The notes beneath the pieces are model-generated. The model was not told where the DNA came from. It worked only from the letters and a program-made list of their open reading frames with translations, and searched no databases. A program made the position numbers and the translations under genes. A stretch of 20,000 nucleotides of DNA from an uncultured virus (IMG/VR IMGVR_UViG_3300037067_011710) (lineage: Duplodnaviria; Heunggongvirae; Uroviricota; Caudoviricetes): the IMG/VR virus record IMGVR_UViG_3300037067_011710, one strand, 5' to 3'. Within the stretch, counting starts at the first letter, position 1. Each line of letters starts with the position of its first letter. Below, piece by piece: positions 1 to 7,391 of the stretch.

Positions 1-3000
1 TTTTTGAAAATACTGTCACCCCATTTAATTCCTACTGCCTTAAACAGTTTATCAACCGCATCAGCTATCTTGCCGGGATCTCTAAACTCTCCCGCGACAT
101 TGTCTACTCCAAGGTCTTTTACCGTGAGCCCGGTCTTACCAAACAGCGCCTTTACCACTGCCGGTATCTCTCCGACGCCAGTGGTGTAAAATCCGAAAGC
201 AGCATCAGCCATCTGGCTGAACATCGAGCTGAATCCGCTTCCCATGGTTGTCATGTACCCAAGGTTTTTAATAGCGGCAAACGATTTGTTTGTCGGTTTG
301 TAATTGAAAAAGCTTTTCAGTATCCCGATAAGTTCATCTTGCTTTCGAGGGTCTAACTTCTTATCCTTGATCAGTTGCGAAACATATTCTCCGATACTGT
401 CATCGATGTTGTTAATTTCAAGCTCAGTGTCTTTTTGCTGTGGATCAAAGAACTCTTTTCGAGCAGCCTTCTTAATCATGCGCTCAACATATAGCGGAAT
501 GGCAACCATCGTATCTTCGAGAAGGCTGTTCATCTCGTTGCTGATAAGTTTTACTTTGCGTTCCTTTAAATTTCCCGGCTTTGCGGCGTTCATCCTGTCA
601 CTGTATCCGCGGATGTATAGATCGAGAAATTCTTCCTGCTCTTCGTCGGTCATCGTCCGGCCGATTTTCTTTTCCTTTTCTCGAATAGCCTCATCAATGC
701 TTCCCCACTCAGGGACACCCCGTATAAAGTTCCGGTAAGCATCACGGTCCTTGCTCATGCGCGGGAAGTAGTCTTTCAAGTACCCGGTTTCATACCCTGC
801 CGCCATGAGTCTTTTAATGAGTCCGTTGAACGTATCCCGGTAGGATTTCAGTGCCTCCTCAAAACCGTACTGCTTTGCCAACTCGTTTATTTTTTCGGTA
901 TCCGCCTGCTTGGCTGCAAGGTCGAATACCCGATAATCTGCATTCGGCATTTTCTTGAGAGCGTTGAGCAGTGGGAGAATCTTGCGTGTGGCCTTGGCGG
1001 TATCGAGCGTAATCCCGCTCACGTGCTTCTGCACCTGGTCCCTGATTACCGGGGAAATATCCATCAACCTGCCGGTAGTCGTCCGGAGTAACCACCGTGC
1101 CGTTTCTCCGGCGTTACGTTTGTTGGCGTAGATTTTTCGTATTTCCTTGGCGGATTTCTTTTTATTGAAACCCTTGGCTTCTTCGTAGAGTTCGGGAAGG
1201 TCAGCCTCGGTCACCTTCTTGGAGAACATTGGTTGACCTTCTCCGGATTTCTTTGAGTATCGTATATCAGGGTATCCTCCAACTGCATCAATGATTTTTT
1301 TATCTACTTCTCTGGCGCTCTCTTTTCCCTCGTACTTGTCGCGACGTTTTTGGTATTGATATTCTTCCCTGTCCTTATTTCCATGTCTATCAATCCATTC
1401 TTTTTTTGCCGCTTCTTTGGCATCAGCGTCATCGACTTTTCCCGGCACTGTGGTTTTATGGTAGTGACCATCATAATAAAATTCAATGACGGTTTTTGGT
1501 ATAGCTTCTTTTTCTTTGATTATTGCCAACTCGTCCAATACTTTTTTGTCTATTTCTCCATTATAGCTATCAAACAAATTACGACTTTTTTTTGTGTCTA
1601 AAAAGTTTCTCCAGTATGAATTGTTCTTATTTTTTTCAGCCCACGAAGCAGCCTCTACAGCATTATCAACGTTATACGAATATTTCCATCCTCCGGTATC
1701 CTTTGGATTTTCAACAGTAAATTTATCGCCGTATAAATAAATTTTTTCTTTCTGCACAGGTTCATCATATTGGATCTTTGTTTTTATATTATTCCAATCG
1801 GGTTCCCCTTTTATCGTTACTTTCTTTCTCGTATCCCCATGCAAAACGTCTCTTTCTTTTACTATTGGAGCTTCTTTCTTCCAATCGCCATACAAATTAG
1901 CAACGTTGTAGTTGCCAAAAATATCTTCAATTGGCATTATATAATCATTGTTTTTACCTTTCATTAATATGGAATCAATACCCATTTCTTTAAGTGATTC
2001 AACTACATTACCATCCCCTATTTCTTCACCAATACTCGCTAAAAACATGATGTTTGGGTTATAGGCTTGTTGCCTAATCTGACTTTCCCTGCTCATCATT
2101 GCTTCTGTCTCTTCGGTAGACGATGAACGGGCCTCTATTTCTAATTCGTTTGGCTGCTTCGGATTTACAAGGGCGTCGTAATATGCATTAAAAACACCTT
2201 CAAGCCTATCCCTCTTACCTTTAAACTTCGCCCAATCGCTACCATTAGGCAAATCATCAACCAATTTTTCTACAACATTAATAGACATCTTATAACTTAA
2301 ATCAAGAGGATTTTTATACTTAACAACATAGGGAGTATCCTTTGACCCAACTTTCTTTCCGACAACAAACCAGCTTCCAATACCAAATCGATATTTCATA
2401 GGAAGTATTTCATCGGCAAATTCAGGAGAATAAACCAAAGCGGTTTTTGGAGTATTTAATTCTTCTATTTCATTTGACTCTATACGCTTTTCTCCACTGG
2501 TTATATTTTCGATTTCATTTTCATCGTATAAGTCTTGAATCGTTCTGGTTATTGCATCCATTCCAGCTTTTAAGTGCTTCGGTATCTCAACCCACTTTTT
2601 AAAGCCCGGTTGTTTTTGAATTGATTTAAAAAGGTCCTCCTGAAATCGTTGCTTCAATTGATCTGGAACTTCGGGATCGTCGTAATCAACTGTCGTTGCG
2701 GAAAGCTCTAGTTGTATTTCATCGAGCCTGTCCTTTTCTTTTTGAGAAAGTTTTGTTCTCCATGAAGTAAGGAAATCGTCGCCGCCAAGCCTTCTTTGTC
2801 CCGCCTCCATTATTTGTTGAGCTTCATTTTTTAAAATGTACGAAGTAGGCATTCCCTGTAATTTTTTTATTTTATAAGAAAGTTCTCTCCATTCATCCGA
2901 TTCTTCTGAAGTGAGGTTATCCATCCAATCTTCATTGTACATAACATTCATTCGCTTAAAAACGCCCTGTTGAATGTCATACATTCTTTTTTCGAGAACA

Positions 3001-6000
3001 TCTATTTCCTTTTCAGTTTCCGGCCCCCACTTAAAACGTCTCGAAGCCGCCATGCGCTGCTCCCCGGTCGCCTGTTCCCCGCCATACTCCCGGAGAATAC
3101 CCTTCAGTGTATCGCGCAGTCCTTCTACGTCCTCAACGTACTGCGCGTACCTCTTTGTGTCCTTGCGGCCTGTAAAAGCCTTGGCGAGCCTGTCGAGTAT
3201 CTCAATGAGTTTATTGATAAACGCTTGAAGTATGGTCTTGTCTTCGGCAATCGATTTCCAGAAATTCGGTTCGGCCATCATCTCGCCGGCAATGTCGGCC
3301 ATCGTCTCGTCGCGGCCTTTTCGCGCTACCAGTTCCGCACCCTTCGGTGTAAGTTTTACGGCGTCCCAGAATGCAGCTGTATAATCAGGGTTCTGCTGAA
3401 TGAAGTGGGCAAATTCGTGGTAGGCAACAAACTGAATAGGCTTCTCTGCGGTTGTGGAAATGAAGATGCGGTTCGCCACTTCGGGCACCTTCGCGCCCTT
3501 GATCATGAATCCATCAAAGGCGTACCCGAGATCCCGTTGAAGCTGCCGGTCGTCTACGTCGAGCCAGACAACCTCTTTACCGGTTACCTTTTTTATGACT
3601 TCGGAGAGTTCTTTCTGCTCTGCGGTTCCTTCGACAATGCGGATGGCTCCCGGTGCTGGCTTTTTTCCTTCACTGGCATAAACAGCTCTTGCCACTTGTT
3701 CCTCATCACGAGTAGGGGCTGTTGATTCTTTGGTCTGCCTTTCACTTGGCTTCCTCTTTTTGGAGAAGCGAACGTCCTCACCGCTCAGATACGCCTTGAT
3801 GTAACCTTCTGGGATAATGCCCTTACCGCGGGGTCCACTTGAAAATTCGTCGCGCATCATACGCCGGGCAATCTCTTTGCCGAACAGTTTGCTGAGTGTT
3901 TCCTGGTTCCACTCGGCCTCACCGTTTTTCTCGGTGTACCCGGTGCCTGTTTTTATGGAGTAGGTGAATCTTTCGCCTGCGGCATAGCGGTAAAACTCTA
4001 TCTGTTTGACGCCCTTGAGCTTTCTTTCGTCGGCTGCGGATACCGAACTAAAATTTCCGGCTTTGGTACGAATAGATTTTCCTCGCTGATAGGATATCTC
4101 GTCATTGAATTCTCGTTTGAAATTATCGTAAAGTCGTCGGGTTTCTTCATGATCGCCTTCTTTGATAGCCGTTTCGAGATCGGCTTTATACCTGTCCGCC
4201 AGATAGTAATATACTTCCTCTTTGGAATTTTTGAAGGATTCTCCGTCATCGAGTGCATCAAACCTGTCTTCGGTGATACCACCGAATAGTCGGGTAAGTA
4301 CTGGTTCTAGGTCCTTTGCAGCAATCAGGTCATCAACGATAACTTCCTGTTTCTTTGAAGACTTACTCGGTGTTTCCTGTGCAAAAAGATCGATCTGGTC
4401 GGGATTCTCATATCGCTTCAAAAAAAGCGTTTGCTGACTGCCTTCGATATTCTGATTCTCGAACATAGGCAACCCGGACATATCTGCTTCCCCGCCACGT
4501 CTTCGTTGTATCCGGCCTTTCACTTCAGCGCGTTCGATGCGCTTCTTTTCTTCACTCTCAATTTCTGACAGTGATTTTTCTCCGCCGAATACGTTTTGCT
4601 GCATCGGTTCTTTTTTGGAGAACATCACTTTCCCACTCGTATCTCTCGCCATTGTAATCTCATTGTAAACATCATCAACGGTCTGGTTGTAGAGCAAGCG
4701 GGGAGCAATGGCAGTAAGTACCTTCTGTGAGACTTCAGTACGCTTACCTGCCTTTATGTCAGCTACCGCGGTCTTTGCTTCATCCTCGGTAATCCCGGAT
4801 GCCTCAGCAAGGTCTACGGATGCAGCGCGGTCGATAAGCTGAACCACGTTGTTGTGCAACTTGGTCGCCGTCTTACCTTCGACCAATCCTTTTTTGATGT
4901 AACGATTGAGAATAACGTCGGTCACTCGGGTGTGAAGCTTTGAAAACGGCTTCGTCTTTGGAAATTCCACCTCAAGTTTTTTAAGGTCTTCCGGGCCTTT
5001 GATTATCGGTTCTTTCTGAGTAGGAGCCGTCACGGTGGGCGGCTCCAATGTTTCACCTTTTAACAGGGCTTCGGCTTGCCCTTCGGGCCTTTCGGCGGTC
5101 GTCCTCTCGGCATTTGCCCCTCCTTTCTTGCTTTTAAGGTAAGATTTAATTCTCTCAACGGTATCACCTGGGTTAATGGTAACCGGTATTCCGTCTTCGG
5201 TTTTAAACTGGTAAGTATTCTCTGTCGTATACGCTCCACCCTGCTTTGGCTGGCCGATGATCGGCTTGCTTCCAACATATTCAAGACCCCCCACTTGTCC
5301 GGCGATAGATTTTGCTACCGCTTCGGGATCTGCCTGGCGTACGTCGGCAATCTTTTTCTTCAACTCTTCAAGTCCACCTTCGCGTGTGATATTCACGTTG
5401 CTGCCGGTAAATTCATCCCGGAAAGTCATGGTTGGCTGAACTGCCTTACCCGGTCGGGCAATCCCCTCCTGTGCTCCGCCGTACTTTATGCCATCGATCT
5501 GCTTTTCGAGTTCCGGGCCGAGCTTATCAAACTCTTCGTTTTTGTTGAGGATTATTCCACGTTGTTTCCGTTCGACTTCAGGCAGCGCCCCTCCCTCATA
5601 CTGCCTTCCGCCGATCGATCGCCCTTCTTTGCCGTATGCTGATACCTCCCCAACTTCTTCTTTTGAAAGCTTCGACACGTCGGCCTTGGGTATTCCTTGC
5701 GCACGGCGTAGTACCTCCTTGGCTTCTTCTCCGGTAATACCCTCTACGATAGCCTGCTTCTCCTGGGCTGTCCCTGCTGCCTTCAGGCGTTCAACCATGC
5801 CAACTATACGATTCTCGTCAAGAGGTTCAATTACTTCGACGTTCGCTTCTGCTGGAGCTTCAGGAGCCCCCGCTCCTGCATCGTCCCGTAGATGTACGCC
5901 TTTCGCTTGTTCCCCACCAAGCCCAGCCTGTCCGCCTGTCGCTCCAATTTCTGTTCTACCTTCTTCGGCATTTGGTCCTCCTTTTGGATATTGCATTGCT

Positions 6001-7391
6001 GAAAAATCTTTTTCAACTTCGGATATCGGTTTCTGTGACGATGCTGGCGCTGCCGGTTGCTCTATCTGCTTACCCTGAATTGCTCCTATGCCCTTGGCGG
6101 CGGCACCGGTAACCCCACGGATAGCCCCGCCGCCGATCGCCCCGAAGTATGCCTGTTCGAGTGCGCTCTTTACCGACTTGTCGAGGTCAATAGCGTCACG
6201 CTGCTTTCGGTAGAACTCCGCCTTGCCCGGGTGCTTCTTTTCGGCCTGTACGAACGCTGCGTACTTCATGGCGTCGCTCAGCATTGCCTGGGTGAACTCT
6301 TCGCCACCTTCAGCGAGAGCACCTATCCCAACGTCTCCGAGTTCCCCGGCAATTCCCTTAAGCACCTTTTTAAAAATAAGCCCCTTGGCTTTATCGCTTA
6401 CCACTTTCTCAAAGGCTTTGGTCGCAACCTTTCCCTTCATCACACCTTTCACCGGAGCAAATAGGATCTCGCCGCCCATCCGCTCTACTCCGCCGGAGAG
6501 TAGACCATAGACATCGCCGTACTTATTCAGCAAATCGGGGTCATCAAGTCCCGACGCTTTGGCCTCGTCTATCCATCCGGTCTTTTCTACAAGCCCGGGA
6601 ACGGCCACTCCTGCCACCGGAACGGCGCTGAGCAGATTGGTCGCCCCCGATTCGGCGGCAACCGTAGCGGCTGCGGTAACCGTCCTGCCAATGTTTTTAG
6701 GATTCAGAGCGTCTTTGTGCTTCAGCCATTCATGGGCATCCTGTAATTCCTGTTCGGTCTGCTGAGTTTCGGGTGTGGTCGGGCCTTTGATCTTCTCGGC
6801 TGCGCCAATCATCTTTTCACCGACAGGTTTTAGAACCTTTTCGCGGATTCCCCCGGCAATCTTCTCGGCTTGTGGTTTGGTTACCGCGAGATTCTTGTAA
6901 TACTGAACGTATCCCCTCTCGGTTGCGTCGACCGGCTTTTCACCACTTTCGACAATCGATTTTCCCATGTCGTACATGGTACGTTGATTTTCGTCCAGTT
7001 CTTCATACGTTAAGGCCTTCTTGCCTTCCCCCTGAAATTCATATCCAATACCCGACATTACCCCGGCACCAGCTCGTCTCACATCTTTTGCAAAAGCTTT
7101 ACCTACTGTTTTTGGGGTGAATCCTGCAGGGGTTACCGAAGTAGGTTCAAATGGCTCTTCGAACGTCGTTGAAGTCTGGGTAGTGGAAGGTTCGGCAACG
7201 TTCGCCGGTCGGCTTACCGTTATCGGCAAGGGTTGACCAAGTCCACTTTGCGGAGGTTCTTCAGGTTCAAACTGATCTGCGGCAGAAAATATTTCCTCAA
7301 GGTCTGCATCGGTCGGGTCGTTTTCGTCATCCCAATCAAATGTAATCTCCCTTCCGGTTTCACTATTTAATACCGTGTATTCTCGCGCCAT
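1..7391 (-). CDS. Giant (>=2463 aa, 3'-truncated) putative internal virion/ejection protein of large polyvalent protein type
   Basis: ATG at 7391-7389 overlaps the upstream TAA (TAATG). Manual translation gives MAREYTVLNSETGREITFDWDDENDPTDADLEEIF... and the same frame reads ...AVGIKWGDSIFK at base 3. The track lists no terminated ORF in this frame, consistent with no stop. Motifs: Gly/Ala-rich helices with EGGEEFTQ (6288-6311), HEFAH (3405-3419), ART-like segment (~1920-2450), GYLKDYFPRM (756-785). Confidence 0.92.
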   Translation of the reverse strand, partial: MAREYTVLNSETGREITFDWDDENDPTDADLEEIFSAADQFEPEEPPQSGLGQPLPITVSRPANVAEPSTTQTSTTFEEPFEPTSVTPAGFTPKTVGKAFAKDVRRAGAGVMSGIGYEFQGEGKKALTYEELDENQRTMYDMGKSIVESGEKPVDATERGYVQYYKNLAVTKPQAEKIAGGIREKVLKPVGEKMIGAAEKIKGPTTPETQQTEQELQDAHEWLKHKDALNPKNIGRTVTAAATVAAESGATNLLSAVPVAGVAVPGLVEKTGWIDEAKASGLDDPDLLNKYGDVYGLLSGGVERMGGEILFAPVKGVMKGKVATKAFEKVVSDKAKGLIFKKVLKGIAGELGDVGIGALAEGGEEFTQAMLSDAMKYAAFVQAEKKHPGKAEFYRKQRDAIDLDKSVKSALEQAYFGAIGGGAIRGVTGAAAKGIGAIQGKQIEQPAAPASSQKPISEVEKDFSAMQYPKGGPNAEEGRTEIGATGGQAGLGGEQAKGVHLRDDAGAGAPEAPAEANVEVIEPLDENRIVGMVERLKAAGTAQEKQAIVEGITGEEAKEVLRRAQGIPKADVSKLSKEEVGEVSAYGKEGRSIGGRQYEGGALPEVERKQRGIILNKNEEFDKLGPELEKQIDGIKYGGAQEGIARPGKAVQPTMTFRDEFTGSNVNITREGGLEELKKKIADVRQADPEAVAKSIAGQVGGLEYVGSKPIIGQPKQGGAYTTENTYQFKTEDGIPVTINPGDTVERIKSYLKSKKGGANAERTTAERPEGQAEALLKGETLEPPTVTAPTQKEPIIKGPEDLKKLEVEFPKTKPFSKLHTRVTDVILNRYIKKGLVEGKTATKLHNNVVQLIDRAASVDLAEASGITEDEAKTAVADIKAGKRTEVSQKVLTAIAPRLLYNQTVDDVYNEITMARDTSGKVMFSKKEPMQQNVFGGEKSLSEIESEEKKRIERAEVKGRIQRRRGGEADMSGLPMFENQNIEGSQQTLFLKRYENPDQIDLFAQETPSKSSKKQEVIVDDLIAAKDLEPVLTRLFGGITEDRFDALDDGESFKNSKEEVYYYLADRYKADLETAIKEGDHEETRRLYDNFKREFNDEISYQRGKSIRTKAGNFSSVSAADERKLKGVKQIEFYRYAAGERFTYSIKTGTGYTEKNGEAEWNQETLSKLFGKEIARRMMRDEFSSGPRGKGIIPEGYIKAYLSGEDVRFSKKRKPSERQTKESTAPTRDEEQVARAVYASEGKKPAPGAIRIVEGTAEQKELSEVIKKVTGKEVVWLDVDDRQLQRDLGYAFDGFMIKGAKVPEVANRIFISTTAEKPIQFVAYHEFAHFIQQNPDYTAAFWDAVKLTPKGAELVARKGRDETMADIAGEMMAEPNFWKSIAEDKTILQAFINKLIEILDRLAKAFTGRKDTKRYAQYVEDVEGLRDTLKGILREYGGEQATGEQRMAASRRFKWGPETEKEIDVLEKRMYDIQQGVFKRMNVMYNEDWMDNLTSEESDEWRELSYKIKKLQGMPTSYILKNEAQQIMEAGQRRLGGDDFLTSWRTKLSQKEKDRLDEIQLELSATTVDYDDPEVPDQLKQRFQEDLFKSIQKQPGFKKWVEIPKHLKAGMDAITRTIQDLYDENEIENITSGEKRIESNEIEELNTPKTALVYSPEFADEILPMKYRFGIGSWFVVGKKVGSKDTPYVVKYKNPLDLSYKMSINVVEKLVDDLPNGSDWAKFKGKRDRLEGVFNAYYDALVNPKQPNELEIEARSSSTEETEAMMSRESQIRQQAYNPNIMFLASIGEEIGDGNVVESLKEMGIDSILMKGKNNDYIMPIEDIFGNYNVANLYGDWKKEAPIVKERDVLHGDTRKKVTIKGEPDWNNIKTKIQYDEPVQKEKIYLYGDKFTVENPKDTGGWKYSYNVDNAVEAASWAEKNKNNSYWRNFLDTKKSRNLFDSYNGEIDKKVLDELAIIKEKEAIPKTVIEFYYDGHYHKTTVPGKVDDADAKEAAKKEWIDRHGNKDREEYQYQKRRDKYEGKESAREVDKKIIDAVGGYPDIRYSKKSGEGQPMFSKKVTEADLPELYEEAKGFNKKKSAKEIRKIYANKRNAGETARWLLRTTTGRLMDISPVIRDQVQKHVSGITLDTAKATRKILPLLNALKKMPNADYRVFDLAAKQADTEKINELAKQYGFEEALKSYRDTFNGLIKRLMAAGYETGYLKDYFPRMSKDRDAYRNFIRGVPEWGSIDEAIREKEKKIGRTMTDEEQEEFLDLYIRGYSDRMNAAKPGNLKERKVKLISNEMNSLLEDTMVAIPLYVERMIKKAARKEFFDPQQKDTELEINNIDDSIGEYVSQLIKDKKLDPRKQDELIGILKSFFNYKPTNKSFAAIKNLGYMTTMGSGFSSMFSQMADAAFGFYTTGVGEIPAVVKALFGKTGLTVKDLGVDNVAGEFRDPGKIADAVDKLFKAVGIKWGDSIFK
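1215..4634 (-). repeat. Dispersed linker motif (D/K/Q)-(V/I/P)-(R/M)-(F/Y)-S-K-K within the giant ORF, 4 copies
   Basis: GKVMFSKK (4611-4634), EDVRFSKKR (3753-3779), PDIRYSKK (1248-1271) and QPMFSKK (1215-1235). Three copies share TTCTCCAA at the DNA level. Confidence 0.75.
5060..5113 (-). CDS. Nested +1-frame micro-ORF, 17-aa basic AT-hook-like peptide MPRGRPPKGPKGKPKPC
   Basis: Minus strand reads AGAAAGGAGGGGCAAATGCCG (AGGAGG, 5-nt spacer, ATG at 5113). TAA at 5062-5060. Contains the PRGRP core. Confidence 0.55.
   Translation of the reverse strand: MPRGRPPKGPKGKPKPC
5119..5124 (-). promoter_or_regulatory. Shine-Dalgarno AGGAGG for nested ORF 5060..5113
   Basis: Plus-strand cctcct at 5119-5124, 5 nt upstream of ATG. 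Confidence 0.6.
5831..5971 (-). CDS. Nested +1-frame small basic protein, 46 aa (MPKKVEQKLERQADRLGLVGNKRKAYIYGTMQERGLLKLQQKRTSK)
   Basis: Minus strand reads CAAAAGGAGGACCAAATGCCG (AGGAGG, 5-nt spacer, ATG at 5971). TAA at 5833-5831. The product looks like a basic helical protein, while the host frame here is a low-complexity linker. Confidence 0.7.
   Translation of the reverse strand: MPKKVEQKLERQADRLGLVGNKRKAYIYGTMQERGLLKLQQKRTSK
5977..5982 (-). promoter_or_regulatory. Shine-Dalgarno AGGAGG for nested ORF 5831..5971
   Basis: Plus-strand cctcct at 5977-5982, 5 nt upstream of ATG. Confidence 0.65.

Noticed and set aside
1304..1486. 60-aa basic alternative-frame ORF (…MPKKRQKK…)
   Set aside because: No SD before its ATGs; the basic composition is explained by A-rich K/E codons in the main frame.
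3593..3781. 62-aa +1-frame ORF, possible GTG start at 3745 after AGAGGAAG
   Set aside because: Weak RBS and a non-ATG start, and it runs up to the zincin module; insufficient support.
4..7120. Plus-strand ORFs opposite the giant gene (e.g. 2970..3725, 5076..5642, 5488..6078)
   Set aside because: Antisense shadows of a long minus-strand frame: S/F/L/P-rich translations and no recognisable motifs.
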